A stretch of DNA of 40,000 bases from Acerihabitans arboris. GTDB taxonomy: Bacteria > Pseudomonadota > Gammaproteobacteria > Enterobacterales > Enterobacteriaceae. The notes under the pieces were generated by a model. The model was not told where the DNA came from, made no database searches, and saw only the letters and a list, made by a program, of their open reading frames with translations. The position numbers were made by a program, and so were the translations under genes. This document shows positions 1-9,629 of this stretch, piece by piece. The first letter of the stretch is position 1; each line of letters begins with the position of its first letter. The DNA lies in assembly GCF_010131535.1 (NCBI RefSeq), contig NZ_WUBS01000014.1:93216-133215 (forward strand), in the 5' to 3' direction.

Positions 1-149
1 TCCGGCATGCGGCTTAGCAGCGGACGGCACCAATCGGGCGCCATCACGTCTATTTCCGCGCCGGGATGAAGGCTCAGCAGGGTGCGGTACAGGCTTTGCG
101 ACATCATCATATCGCCAACCCATGACGGCCCGATAACCAGTATTTTCAT
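1..149 (-). CDS. waaF: ADP-heptose:LPS heptosyltransferase II, N-terminal part (runs off window start)
   Basis: Minus-strand translation from the ATG at 149-147 gives MKILVIGPSWVGDMMMSQSLYRTLLSLHPGAEIDVMAPDWCRPLLSRMPE. This is almost identical to the E. coli WaaF N-terminus as I recall it. It sits directly downstream of hldD, as in the hldD-waaF-waaC operon. Confidence 0.85.
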   Translation of the reverse strand, partial: MKILVIGPSWVGDMMMSQSLYRTLLSLHPGAEIDVMAPDWCRPLLSRMP

Positions 150-177
150 ACCGCTGATATCAATCCTTGAACTGGCG

Positions 178-1110
178 TTAATGGTTGCGATTTAACCAGG
201 TTAAATACTCGCCAACGCCTTCGGCCACGGTTTTGAAGGGTTTATTGTAACCCGCGGCCCGCAACTGAGTCAGATCGGCCTGGGTATAAGCCTGGTAGCG
301 ACCCCTGAGCTTCTCGGGGAAATCGATATATTCAATCTGGCCTTTTTTGTGAAAATCCAGCACCGCATCCGCCACCGCCTGGAAGGACTCCGCCCGGCCG
401 GTACCGCAGTTGAAAATGCCGGAGGCGCCGTTTTGCCAAAACCATAGATTCACATCGGCCACATCGCCTACGTAAATGAAATCACGTTTAAAGCCTTCGC
501 TCCCGGAAAATAATTTTGGGTTTTCACCGGCATTGAGCTGGTTGTTCAGATGAAAAGCGACGCTGGCCATGCTGCCTTTATGGCCTTCATGGGGACCATA
601 AACGTTAAAATAACGAAAACCGCAGATCTGTGACTCGGCTTCCGGCAATAATGTCCGGACATACTGGTCGAACAGGAATTTTGAGTAGCCGTAGACATTT
701 AGCGGCTGCTCATACTGCCGTTGTTCGACAAAATGTTCCGTCCTGCCGCCGTAGGTGGCGGCGGAAGAGGCGTACAGAAACGGTATAGAACGGTCCAGGC
801 AATAATGCAGCAGCTCTTTGGAGTATTGATAGTTGTTATCCATCATATACTTGCCGTCCCATTCGGTGGTGGAGGAACAGGCGCCTTCATGGAACACCGC
901 TTCAATATCGCCGAAATCATCGCCGGCCATTATGCTGGAGATAAAATCTTCTTTATCCATATAATCGGTGATATCCACATCCACCAGATTAATGAATTTT
1001 GTGCCGTCCTTGAGGTTATCCACCACCAGGATATCGCTATGGCCCATTTTGTTCAGCGATTTAACAATATTACTGCCGATAAATCCGGCCCCACCAGTGA
1101 CGACTATCAT
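178..1110 (-). CDS. hldD: ADP-L-glycero-D-manno-heptose 6-epimerase
   Basis: 310 aa ORF with an N-terminal Rossmann motif ([11 protein letters not shown]) and a YGYSK catalytic motif. Full-length resemblance to E. coli HldD (RfaD), and synteny with waaF. Confidence 0.95.
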   Translation of the reverse strand: MIVVTGGAGFIGSNIVKSLNKMGHSDILVVDNLKDGTKFINLVDVDITDYMDKEDFISSIMAGDDFGDIEAVFHEGACSSTTEWDGKYMMDNNYQYSKELLHYCLDRSIPFLYASSAATYGGRTEHFVEQRQYEQPLNVYGYSKFLFDQYVRTLLPEAESQICGFRYFNVYGPHEGHKGSMASVAFHLNNQLNAGENPKLFSGSEGFKRDFIYVGDVADVNLWFWQNGASGIFNCGTGRAESFQAVADAVLDFHKKGQIEYIDFPEKLRGRYQAYTQADLTQLRAAGYNKPFKTVAEGVGEYLTWLNRNH

Positions 1111-1257
1111 GGGTTACCCTTGTTGACTTTACACGGAGCCGGCACTGTGTCTGCTCCTTTAATGCAGCTATAATAGCATTTCCTAAGTGGCCTTAGTATC
1201 CATACGGTAAAGTTGCCGCCGGGATAGCGCAGTGCCGTCGTGGACTGTATCTGGTTA

Positions 1258-2175
1258 TCAAATTTGTTTATCGTTATCAGTAAGGTAACGCACCTTACGG
1301 GTATAATCCTGCGATTTAAACAACAACTCCGTCTCGGGCGATTGCAGATATTTTTGCCACTCCGCCAGCGGGAAACCACCGTGGGCGCCCACGACCTGCG
1401 CTGGAATGATAGACGGCGTACCGCCGATTTTTTTCGAGACCGGCCAATTCATCCACTCGCCCAGGTTGACGGTGCGAATGTCCAGCGTATCGAGCATGGC
1501 GGCCAGGGGTAACTGGTCGGTAGGCGGTTGGTCGTCGTCCATTTGCGCCCAGGTATCGATGAATAAGGCCATCCAGACAGGGCACATCCGCTGCCAGGTT
1601 TTGCGCGTGGCGGCGAGAAACGCGCCGTTAACGTGATCCACCAATTTCGGCCGTATGGCGTCGCGATAATACGCCGGTATGCGTTCCGGCGTGATGCCGC
1701 TGAGTTTGGCTATCATTTTCCCCTGCCGGAAGCTGGCGTAAATATCATCGTCCGCCAACTGGATATCGGGCATCTGCAGCAGGTTCAGATCGGAATCGAT
1801 CATCAAAATGCCCTCGGTGCGGGCCTGCAGGGGCGCCTGTAGTTTGATCAGGCGGCTGAGATAGATTTGTTTATAGCGATAAACACCATCCCGGGTCTCC
1901 GTCGCCAGGGTTACAACCCGGGCTTTTTCGGGCAGCAGCGGGAATTTTTGCGCCGGCTGGTCGGTCACTATCACAATTTCCTGCACATCTTGCGCATAAC
2001 GCTGGGCAAAGGTGGCGCTCAGCATCGCCTCTGCAATATAGTCCTCGCCCACCGACGGGATCACTACCGAGGTTATCGGCAGGCGGGGCGGTTTAGTCAA
2101 TTTTTTTTCATCATAGGCGATGTTATGACGCCGGACGATATGACGATATTTAGCGTTGAAAAATTCGAACATCAA
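1258..2175 (-). CDS. Hypothetical protein, possibly an LPS-core glycosyltransferase-like enzyme (function uncertain)
   Basis: 305 aa ORF, same strand and tightly packed between a GT4 gene and hldD. It contains a D-x-D-like MIDSDL segment. The functional call rests only on context, since I recognise no family. Confidence 0.45.
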   Translation of the reverse strand: MMFEFFNAKYRHIVRRHNIAYDEKKLTKPPRLPITSVVIPSVGEDYIAEAMLSATFAQRYAQDVQEIVIVTDQPAQKFPLLPEKARVVTLATETRDGVYRYKQIYLSRLIKLQAPLQARTEGILMIDSDLNLLQMPDIQLADDDIYASFRQGKMIAKLSGITPERIPAYYRDAIRPKLVDHVNGAFLAATRKTWQRMCPVWMALFIDTWAQMDDDQPPTDQLPLAAMLDTLDIRTVNLGEWMNWPVSKKIGGTPSIIPAQVVGAHGGFPLAEWQKYLQSPETELLFKSQDYTRKVRYLTDNDKQI

Positions 2176-2179
2176 TACC

Positions 2180-3403
2180 TCAAATAGGCTTTATGCTGCC
2201 GAGCACGGCTTCAACACCCAGGACATATTTATCGATGGTAAATTGGGTCCTTACCATATAATTGGCCTGCTGCGCCAGTTTATGGCGATACTGGGCGTCC
2301 AGAAAGACCGTTTTAAAATGTTTGAACAGCGTCTGGGTATCACCGTAGGGAAACAGGAGACCGGTTTGCTCATGCTTAATCAGCTCCATGGTGCCGGTAA
2401 CGTTGGAACCGATGACCACCGTATTGAGCAGCATGGCTTCGAGTATCACGCGCGGCAGGCCTTCGCTGCGCGACGCCAGGATAAAGGTATCAAAAGCGGC
2501 CAGATATTCCATGGCGTTGCTTTTAAAACCGGTAAAAATGACTTTGTCCAGAAGACGAAAGCCGGCCGCCATCCTGACCAGTTTTTGATGCTCGGGACCC
2601 GCGCCGACGATGACCATCTTCCAGCGCGCCTCGGGATACGCCTGGTCGAATAAATGTAATGCCTGCAGGATATGATGATGGGCCTTGCGCGGGATAAGGG
2701 AGCCGATGCTGCCGAAGATAAAGGTCTGTTCATCGGCTCCCAGCGCGTGGCGCAGCGGGAGTCCGTCCGGCAGGGGCTGATCGATATCGATGCCGTTAAA
2801 TACCGTATAACAGATTTCCGGCTGCACGCCGCCTTGAATCAGCTTTTCCTGAACACCGGAGGACACAGAGATAATGGCATGGCATAAGTTATTGACCATT
2901 TTAACTATCTGGCGGTTCATCAGTGGTTCGATGCGGCAATGCTGCACCACCGTGGTCGATAAGCCGGCGGTGGCGTAATAGCCTTCCACATTGGAACTGG
3001 GCTGGTTGTTCATATATAAAATATCATATTGACCCATTTCTAATAATGAATTGATTTTATTGATATTAGGGTCGATACGCCAAACTTTGTCGATGGCGTA
3101 AATGGCGGCCAAACGCGTTTTTTTGTTGAAGAAAAGCAGGGTGCGCAGGATTTCCTTGCCCCATTTTGCCCAGGCCGGCTGCCGGGTCTGCGGAATAAAG
3201 AACACCTGAACTCCCAGGGCTGCCAGGACCTCGCTGACGGTTTCGTTATTATCGCGGACATAATTATTGTAGAAACAGCAGCTAATATCAAATTTGTCGC
3301 GGTCAATGCGTTTTAGCAGTTCCAGCATGCTATTGGTGCCACCGCCCCATTCTTTGCCGCTGTCCAAGAGAAGAATTTTCATCCGGCTTTGTGGCATCGT
3401 CAT
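2180..3403 (-). CDS. Glycosyltransferase, GT4 (GT-B fold) family
   Basis: 407 aa ORF. The C-terminal segment SRSEGLPRVILEAMLLNTVVIGSNVTGTMELIKHEQTGLLF fits the E-x7-E signature region of GT4 retaining glycosyltransferases. It lies in LPS-core gene context. Confidence 0.8.
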   Translation of the reverse strand: MTMPQSRMKILLLDSGKEWGGGTNSMLELLKRIDRDKFDISCCFYNNYVRDNNETVSEVLAALGVQVFFIPQTRQPAWAKWGKEILRTLLFFNKKTRLAAIYAIDKVWRIDPNINKINSLLEMGQYDILYMNNQPSSNVEGYYATAGLSTTVVQHCRIEPLMNRQIVKMVNNLCHAIISVSSGVQEKLIQGGVQPEICYTVFNGIDIDQPLPDGLPLRHALGADEQTFIFGSIGSLIPRKAHHHILQALHLFDQAYPEARWKMVIVGAGPEHQKLVRMAAGFRLLDKVIFTGFKSNAMEYLAAFDTFILASRSEGLPRVILEAMLLNTVVIGSNVTGTMELIKHEQTGLLFPYGDTQTLFKHFKTVFLDAQYRHKLAQQANYMVRTQFTIDKYVLGVEAVLGSIKPI

Positions 3404-3491
3404 GCATTCCTAATGTTGAATGATTATCATTTAATGTATGTTAACACGGACTATACCCCTTCACTATTCCCGCTATTCCGGCCGATTCTCT

Positions 3492-4418
3492 TTATTTTAC
3501 CGGTCTTAAGGCGCCGCCGCGTCCGGTGAGCATAACCCGTCGGGTTTCATCCAGACTAGATACTATAGCCTTGAACATGGCATCGGCGTAGACCGGCGGC
3601 GGCGCATGTTTCACGATACACTGGGGCACGCCCCGGAACGGATGGCGCGGCCGGACGGGTTTAGTGTCGGGAGCCGGAGCCGGAGCCGGGGCATAGCGTT
3701 CATTCAACAACATGCTCGGTCGCACCAGGACGATATCGGCCGGCAACGCGGGCAACATCTGCTGCAATACCCGGATGGTGTTGGGATGAGGATGGCCGAT
3801 GGCAATTGCCGAACCGTTACGTCTGGCCAGGGCGACGGCGCGGTTAAACTGCTGGCGGATATCCGCTTCGTTGCTGGTGTCGTCTAAAAACACATTACGT
3901 TTGATAACGATGACGCTGGTGCCGGCCGCCGCCTGTCGCGACTGGCTGTTGCCAATGGTCATGCTGTCGAGAAAATAAAAGGGATAATGGCTCAGCACCT
4001 GCATGACGTTTTGCATGCCGCCGAAACTTGAGGTCATGGCGCTGCCCATATGGTTATTCACCCCGACGGCGTAGGGCACTTTGCCGACCGCGTCGCGGAC
4101 AATACGCGTTATCTCGTCCCGGCTCATCCCGGGCTGCAGCGTATCGCGTTCCAGGGGCTGCTTGCTCAGGGGCGCCATCGGCAGATGGATTAGCACTTCG
4201 CGGCCCTGCTGATGCGCCTTGGTGGCCATTTCCCGGGCATAGGGAGCATTGGGCAGTACCGCAATCGATACCGCCGCCGGCATCGCCAGCACCTGACGCT
4301 CGTTACGCGGTTGATAACCAAAGTCATCTATGACGATAGCCAATTTGCCTGCGTCCGCGCCGGCGGTGGCCATGAGCAGGACACAGAATAAAACGCGGCG
4401 AAGGTTTTTCCTTAGCAA
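3492..4418 (-). CDS. yibQ: Divergent polysaccharide deacetylase family protein YibQ
   Basis: 308 aa with a signal peptide and the AIVIDDFGY motif typical of YibQ. It starts 2 nt after the envC stop, as in the E. coli envC-yibQ arrangement. Confidence 0.85.
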   Translation of the reverse strand: MLRKNLRRVLFCVLLMATAGADAGKLAIVIDDFGYQPRNERQVLAMPAAVSIAVLPNAPYAREMATKAHQQGREVLIHLPMAPLSKQPLERDTLQPGMSRDEITRIVRDAVGKVPYAVGVNNHMGSAMTSSFGGMQNVMQVLSHYPFYFLDSMTIGNSQSRQAAAGTSVIVIKRNVFLDDTSNEADIRQQFNRAVALARRNGSAIAIGHPHPNTIRVLQQMLPALPADIVLVRPSMLLNERYAPAPAPAPDTKPVRPRHPFRGVPQCIVKHAPPPVYADAMFKAIVSSLDETRRVMLTGRGGALRPVK

Positions 4419-4419
4419 A

Positions 4420-5718
4420 CTATTTTCCTAACCAGGGTAATGGGTTCACCGCCTGACCCTGACGACGAATTTCAAAATAAAGCGCAGGAGTTCCCTGGCC
4501 GCCACTGCTGCCCACCAGCGCGACAGGCTGGCCGGATCTGACCTGGGCGCCTACGCTGACCAGCGCGCTCTGGTTATAGCCGTAAAGGCTCATATCGCCT
4601 TTACCATGTTCAATTACCACCACCAGCCCATATCCTTGCAGCCAGTCGGCCATCAGGACACGTCCGTCGGCAATGGCCCTGACCTCGCTGCCTTCGGCTG
4701 CGGCGATCACCATGCCCTTCCAGCGTAGTTCACCTTGCAGTGATTCACCAAACCGATGCAGCGTCCGCCCCCTGACCGGCCAAAGGTCCTGGCCGGCCGG
4801 CTGGCCCAGTCCGCCGGTGCGGGACACCAGCGCGCGTTCGCTGGGGGAGGGTTTATAGGTGCCGCCTTTGCTTTTGGCCTGCTCCTGGCGCTCGCGCACC
4901 TGCTGCGCTTCCCGCGCCTCCCGCTCGGCCCTCGCCCGGGCTTCACGTTCCGCCCGGGCGATATTATCCCGCAGGCGTGCTTCGTTCAGGCGCAGCTCGC
5001 CCAGGCTTTGCTGATCCTGCGCAATGGACGAGTCGAGGCCGGAAAGGGTTTTCCTGCGCGCCGCGCGGGCCTTCTCCAACTGGTCTTGTTGAACATGCTG
5101 CTGTTGCAGCAGCGCGGTTTGCTGCTGCTGTTTTTGCTGCTGGTCTTTTTTCTGGTCCGCCAAGGCCTGCCTGGTAGCGCTCAGGTCGCGGATGGATTTT
5201 TCCCGTGCTTCGTTCAGATAGCTGTAATAAGCAAATATACGCTCGTTACGCTGGCTCTCCTCGGTGCTCAAAATAAGCTGCATGCCCGCATTGCGTCCTT
5301 GCCGGAAGGCGGCGTCCAGCTGTTGGGCCAATAGCTTTTGCTGCGCGGCCATCCGCGCTTCCAGCTGCTTAATGGACTGGTTCAGCCGGGCAATAGCCTT
5401 GTCAAGCGCCGCAAGCGTGGCCTGCGTTTCGTGCAGGGCGCGGCTGGACTGGGAAACAGCGATTTCCTGTTGTTTGAGCTGGCTGAGCAGTTTGCCGCGC
5501 TGCCGCTGCTGCTGCTGTACGCTTTTTTCTTTTTCGGCGATGCTTTGCTGCAGGGTCTTGAGCTGTTGTTTATTATCCTCGGCATGGCTGATAGCAGGCA
5601 ATAACATAACGCCAGCGAAGATAATGCTGGCGTGCAAGATGTATTTTCGCGTGGAATGACGGCGCTGCCGGCCGTTTTCCCTGATATTCAATCTGTTCAA
5701 CGATGCCTTTCCCCTCAT
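4420..5718 (-). CDS. envC: Murein hydrolase activator EnvC (coiled-coil plus degenerate LytM/M23 domain)
   Basis: 432 aa with a long Q/A/R-rich coiled coil. The C-terminus WPVRGRTLHRFGE...GKGDMSLYGYNQSALVSVGAQVRSGQPVALVGSSGGQGTPALYFEIRRQGQAVNPLPWLGK nearly matches E. coli EnvC as I recall it. Confidence 0.95.
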   Translation of the reverse strand: MRGKASLNRLNIRENGRQRRHSTRKYILHASIIFAGVMLLPAISHAEDNKQQLKTLQQSIAEKEKSVQQQQRQRGKLLSQLKQQEIAVSQSSRALHETQATLAALDKAIARLNQSIKQLEARMAAQQKLLAQQLDAAFRQGRNAGMQLILSTEESQRNERIFAYYSYLNEAREKSIRDLSATRQALADQKKDQQQKQQQQTALLQQQHVQQDQLEKARAARRKTLSGLDSSIAQDQQSLGELRLNEARLRDNIARAEREARARAEREAREAQQVRERQEQAKSKGGTYKPSPSERALVSRTGGLGQPAGQDLWPVRGRTLHRFGESLQGELRWKGMVIAAAEGSEVRAIADGRVLMADWLQGYGLVVVIEHGKGDMSLYGYNQSALVSVGAQVRSGQPVALVGSSGGQGTPALYFEIRRQGQAVNPLPWLGK

Positions 5719-5958
5719 TGGCTGGATTATTCCACGTTGAACAGCCGCTGACCAGTCATCTCTTATGGCTTCTACGCGGCCTCCGCCCGCGGGGACGGGC
5801 GCCGCCGGCCGAAAAACCTCCTTGTTTTTAGCGACATGACGCGCATTGCAGGTAGTTTCTTCTTTCCGGTCATGTATATTGGCTGAATTTGCCGTAATGC
5901 GAGGGTATACTCGAAGGCTTCAAAGCGTGGCCACAACTAACGGGAGCTTTTACACCCC

Positions 5959-6390
5959 ATGCAAGAAATTACGCAGTTTGTTAGCGATCACCCTATGCTA
6001 TGTTTGGCATGGGTCGCCTTATTGATCGCCGTCATTGTGACAACCTTCAAAAATCGTTTTTCCAAGGTTAATGAAATTTCCCGCGGCGAAGCCATCCGTT
6101 TGATCAACAAGGAAGACGCGGTGATCGTTGATCTGCGCAGCCGGGATGATTACCGTAAAGGGCATATAGCCAATGCGCTTAACCTGACGTCGGCGGAAAT
6201 CAAAAGCGGCAGTTTGGGCGAGCTGGATAAGTCCAAGACCAAACCGGTCATTGTCGTATGCGCAACCGGCAGTACGTCCCGCGAGCCGGCCGAAAACCTG
6301 AATAAAGCAGGCTTTGATCGGGTTTATGTTCTTAAAGAGGGCATATCCGGCTGGAGCGGAGAAAATTTACCGCTGGTCCGGGGTAAATAA
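5959..6390 (+). CDS. yibN: Rhodanese-domain inner membrane protein YibN
   Basis: 143 aa. The N-terminus [25 protein letters not shown] and the C-terminus [10 protein letters not shown] match E. coli YibN. Synteny with grxC-secB. Confidence 0.9.
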   Translation: MQEITQFVSDHPMLCLAWVALLIAVIVTTFKNRFSKVNEISRGEAIRLINKEDAVIVDLRSRDDYRKGHIANALNLTSAEIKSGSLGELDKSKTKPVIVVCATGSTSREPAENLNKAGFDRVYVLKEGISGWSGENLPLVRGK

Positions 6391-6413
6391 ATTATCACCT
6401 GAGAGGGGGAACC

Positions 6414-6665
6414 ATGGCCAATATAGAAATCTATACCAAATCGACATGTCCATATTGCCATCGCGCCAAGGCTTTGCTCACCCGCAAGAGCGCCGTGTTC
6501 CAGGAAATACCCATTGACGGGGACGCGGACAAACGGGAAGAAATGATTAAACGCAGTGGGCGCACCACGGTTCCACAAATTTTCATCGACGGACAGCACG
6601 TGGGTGGCTGTGATGATTTACACGCGCTCGATGCGCGCGGCGGCCTGGATCCCCTGCTGAAATAA
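6414..6665 (+). CDS. grxC: Glutaredoxin 3
   Basis: 83 aa with a CPYC active site ([16 protein letters not shown]). A GGGGGA Shine-Dalgarno sequence lies upstream, and synteny supports the call. Confidence 0.95.
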   Translation: MANIEIYTKSTCPYCHRAKALLTRKSAVFQEIPIDGDADKREEMIKRSGRTTVPQIFIDGQHVGGCDDLHALDARGGLDPLLK

Positions 6666-6723
6666 ACAGGGGACGGCTGTCGTGCCCGGGCGCATGCAGC
6701 AAATTAACCATAGGGTTTTTTTA

Positions 6724-7194
6724 ATGTCAGAGCAAAATAGTACCGAGATGGCGTTCCAGATCCAGCGAATCTACACCAAGGACGTCTCTTTTGAAGCGCC
6801 GAACGCGCCGAAGGTTTTTCAACTGGAATGGCAGCCGGAGATCAAACTGGATCTGGATACCGCGTCCAGCCAGCTGGCAGACGGCATTTATGAAGTCGTG
6901 CTGCGGGTGACCGTCACCGCGTCTTTGGGCGAAGAAACCGCGTTTTTATGTGAAGTCCAGCAAGCGGGTATTTTTACCATTTCCGGCATCGACGGTACGC
7001 AAATGGCCCATTGCCTGGGCGCATACTGCCCGAATATCCTGTTCCCATATGCCCGTGAATGCATCACCAGCCAGGTTTCTCGCGGCACTTTCCCACAATT
7101 GAACCTGGCGCCGGTAAATTTTGACGCTTTGTTCATGAACTACCTGCAGCAGCAGTCGGAAAGCGAAGGAAGCCAACCGGCGCAGGAAGCCTGA
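6724..7194 (+). CDS. secB: Protein-export chaperone SecB
   Basis: From the ATG at 6724 the protein reads [29 protein letters not shown], colinear with E. coli SecB. The track ORF start at 6682 adds 14 non-homologous residues. Confidence 0.95.
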   Translation: MSEQNSTEMAFQIQRIYTKDVSFEAPNAPKVFQLEWQPEIKLDLDTASSQLADGIYEVVLRVTVTASLGEETAFLCEVQQAGIFTISGIDGTQMAHCLGAYCPNILFPYARECITSQVSRGTFPQLNLAPVNFDALFMNYLQQQSESEGSQPAQEA

Positions 7195-7196
7195 TC

Positions 7197-8213
7197 ATGA
7201 GCCATAACGCCTCAATGATCGTTATCGGCGCCGGTTCTTACGGTACGGCCCTGGCTATTACCCTGGCGCGAAACGGTCATGAGGTGGTGCTCTGGGGGCA
7301 CGATCCGCAACATATCCAGGCGTTGCAGGCGGCGCGGTGCAATCAGGCCTTCTTGCCCGATGTGCCTTTCCCGCCCTCGCTGCGCCTGGAGAGCGATTTA
7401 TCGCGGGCGCTTGGCGCCAGTCGCGATGTGCTGATCGTAGTCCCTAGCCATGTATTTGGCAGCGTCCTGGCCCAGTTAAAACCGCATTTGCGGCCGGATG
7501 CCCGGGTGGTTTGGGCGACCAAGGGCCTGGAGGCTGAAACCGGCCGGCTGCTGGCGGATGTCGCGCGCGAAATACTCGGCGACGCGATTCCCCTGGCGGT
7601 GATATCCGGACCGACTTTTGCCAGGGAACTGGCGGCAGGCCTGCCTACCGCCATTGCGCTGGCATCGACCGATGCCGGTTTTTCGGCTGATTTACAGAAT
7701 TTATTGCACTGCGGTAAAAGTTTCCGGGTCTATGGCAATCCGGATTTTATCGGGGTGCAGCTCGGCGGCGCCGTTAAAAACGTCATTGCCATCGGCGCAG
7801 GCATGTCCGACGGTATTGGTTTTGGCGCCAACGCCCGTACCGCGCTGATTACCCGCGGCCTGGCTGAAATGACCCGCCTTGGCGCGGCGCTGGGCGCCGA
7901 CTCCGGCACCTTTATGGGCATGGCCGGACTGGGCGACCTGGTGTTGACCTGTACCGATAACCAATCCCGCAACCGCCGTTTCGGCATGCTGCTGGGGCAA
8001 GGTGTCGACGTACAGTCCGCGCAGGACACCATCGGTCAGGTGGTGGAAGGGTATCGTAATACCAAGGAAGTCCTGGCGCTGGCCGGCCGTTGCGGGGTGG
8101 AAATGCCGATTACCGAACAAATCTACCAGGTGCTGTACCAGCACAAGAATGCCAAAGAGGCCGCCCTGACGCTGCTGGGGCGGGCGCAGAAAGATGAGAA
8201 AACCGGTGGCTGA
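7197..8213 (+). CDS. gpsA: NAD(P)H-dependent glycerol-3-phosphate dehydrogenase
   Basis: 338 aa with an N-terminal [10 protein letters not shown] dinucleotide-binding motif, full-length GpsA resemblance, and secB-gpsA-cysE synteny. Confidence 0.95.
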   Translation: MSHNASMIVIGAGSYGTALAITLARNGHEVVLWGHDPQHIQALQAARCNQAFLPDVPFPPSLRLESDLSRALGASRDVLIVVPSHVFGSVLAQLKPHLRPDARVVWATKGLEAETGRLLADVAREILGDAIPLAVISGPTFARELAAGLPTAIALASTDAGFSADLQNLLHCGKSFRVYGNPDFIGVQLGGAVKNVIAIGAGMSDGIGFGANARTALITRGLAEMTRLGAALGADSGTFMGMAGLGDLVLTCTDNQSRNRRFGMLLGQGVDVQSAQDTIGQVVEGYRNTKEVLALAGRCGVEMPITEQIYQVLYQHKNAKEAALTLLGRAQKDEKTGG

Positions 8214-8256
8214 CACCGGTATGTCAGAAGATATCCATCCGCGGAAGGTAGTGAGT

Positions 8257-9072
8257 ATGTCGACTGAAGAGTTGGAGCTGGTGTGGAATAACATTAAAGC
8301 TGAAGCGCGTTTGCTGGCGGATTGTGAACCCATGCTGGCCAGTTTTTTTCATGCGACCCTGCTCAAACATGAAAACCTGGGCAGCGCGCTAAGTTATATG
8401 CTGGCCAACAAACTCGCCAACCCGATTATGCCGGCCATCGCCATCCGGGAAATCGTCGAAGAGGCCTATAGCGCCGACCTGCAGATGATTATTTCGGCCG
8501 CCAGCGACATCCATGCGGTGCGACTGCGCGATCCGGCGGTGGATAAATACTCTACGCCGTTGTTGTACCTGAAGGGCTTCCATGCCCTGCAGGCTTATCG
8601 CATCGGCCATTGGTTGTGGGGCCAGGACCGCAAGGCGATGGCGATCTATTTCCAAAACCAGATCTCGGTGTCCTTCGGCGTCGATATTCACCCGGCCGCT
8701 CAAATCGGCTGCGGCATTATGCTCGATCATGCCACCGGCATTGTTATCGGCGAGACGGCCGTCGTGGAAAACGATGTCTCCATTCTCCAGTCGGTCACGC
8801 TCGGCGGGACCGGAAAAACCAGCGGGGATCGCCATCCTAAGATTCGCGAGGGCGTGATGATTGGCGCCGGAGCGACTATCCTGGGCAATATCGAGGTCGG
8901 CCGGGGCGCTAAAATCGGCGCGGGTTCCGTGGTGCTGCAGTCGGTACCGCCGCATACCACCGCCGCCGGCGTGCCTGCCAGGATCGTCGGCAGGCCGGAC
9001 AGCGATAAGCCGTCCATGGATATGGATCAGTTCTTTGGCGGTCATGGTTTCGAATATGGCGACGGCATCTGA
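8257..9072 (+). CDS. cysE: Serine O-acetyltransferase
   Basis: From the ATG at 8257 the protein reads MSTEELELVWNNIKAEARLLADCEPMLASFFHATLLKHENLGSALSYMLANKL, matching E. coli CysE. Hexapeptide repeats follow, and the C-terminus is FEYGDGI. The track start at 8194 is an upstream extension. Confidence 0.95.
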   Translation: MSTEELELVWNNIKAEARLLADCEPMLASFFHATLLKHENLGSALSYMLANKLANPIMPAIAIREIVEEAYSADLQMIISAASDIHAVRLRDPAVDKYSTPLLYLKGFHALQAYRIGHWLWGQDRKAMAIYFQNQISVSFGVDIHPAAQIGCGIMLDHATGIVIGETAVVENDVSILQSVTLGGTGKTSGDRHPKIREGVMIGAGATILGNIEVGRGAKIGAGSVVLQSVPPHTTAAGVPARIVGRPDSDKPSMDMDQFFGGHGFEYGDGI

Positions 9073-9085
9073 CCGGCGTTCCCGC

Positions 9086-9553
9086 CTAGGCGCGCGCGCC
9101 CTGGTACTCCAGCTGGCGCCAGGCTTCGTACACCACCACTGAAACGGCATTGGATAGATTCATGCTGCGGCTGCCGTATTGCATGGGAATGCGGATTTTA
9201 TGATCCGCAGGCAGGGTATCGAGGATAGCGGGCGGCAAGCCGCGCGTCTCCGGCCCAAACAGCAGATAATCCCCAGGCAGATAGCTCACCGCGCTGTGGG
9301 CGGCGCTGCCCTTGGTGGTCAGGGCAAACAGCCGCTGCGGCGCTTGCTCGGCCAGGAAAGCCCCATAATCATGGTGGCGCCTGATCTCGGCGAATTCATG
9401 GTAATCCAGGCCGGCGCGCCGCAGGCGCTTATCGTCCCAGGTAAATCCCAACGGCTCGATAAGGTGTAACTGAAAGCCGGTGTTGGCGCACAGGCGTATG
9501 ATATTGCCGGTATTTGGCGGGATTTCCGGTTCGAATAAAACGATGTGTAACAT
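9086..9553 (-). CDS. trmL: tRNA (cytidine/uridine-2'-O-)-methyltransferase TrmL (SpoU family)
   Basis: From the ATG at 9553 the protein reads [27 protein letters not shown]...[20 protein letters not shown], which matches E. coli TrmL (YibK). The track ORF (to 9745) carries a 64-residue spurious extension. Confidence 0.95.
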   Translation of the reverse strand: MLHIVLFEPEIPPNTGNIIRLCANTGFQLHLIEPLGFTWDDKRLRRAGLDYHEFAEIRRHHDYGAFLAEQAPQRLFALTTKGSAAHSAVSYLPGDYLLFGPETRGLPPAILDTLPADHKIRIPMQYGSRSMNLSNAVSVVVYEAWRQLEYQGARA

Positions 9554-9629
9554 GGCGGCCCCCTTGACGAGGGCGCAGGATAACAAAAAAAACGACGGTA
9601 CGCCGCAACTCCCGGACGCTTGCCGAATG

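Noticed and set aside
4756-5334. Long antisense or alternative-frame ORFs inside well-supported genes. Examples: 4756-5334 and 5264-5659 in envC, 7701-8333 in gpsA, 8389-9150 in cysE, 9480-10121 in cpxA/trmL, 26294-27301 (335 aa) in the terminase, 30188-30826 in gpM, 31512-31985, 34661-35131 and 37947-38405.
   Set aside because: Each lies opposite to, or out of frame with, a gene whose product I can align by eye to a known family. Their translations are Arg/Ala/Gly/Pro-rich and low in complexity, as expected for shadow frames of GC-rich coding DNA. None has a convincing SD sequence.
5719-5958. The absence of gpmM between envC and yibN, relative to E. coli K-12 order, and a GC-rich stretch (GGCCTCCGCCCGCGGGGACGGGCGCCGCCGGCCG) in the 240-bp intergenic region.
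   Set aside because: Presence of gpmM varies among Enterobacterales, so its absence is probably a lineage trait. The GC-rich run shows no clear hairpin, ORF or repeat structure.
6682-6723. N-terminal extensions in the ORF track for secB (6682), cysE (8194), trmL (to 9745), cpxA (to 11075), int (to 13630), ogr (to 21123), the i-spanin (35146) and gpA (17640).
   Set aside because: Homologue-like sequence begins at internal ATGs that have better SD sequences or ATGA coupling: 6724, 8257, 9553, 11027, 13585, 21108, 35164 and 17670. The extensions have no resemblance to the families and often overlap the upstream gene.
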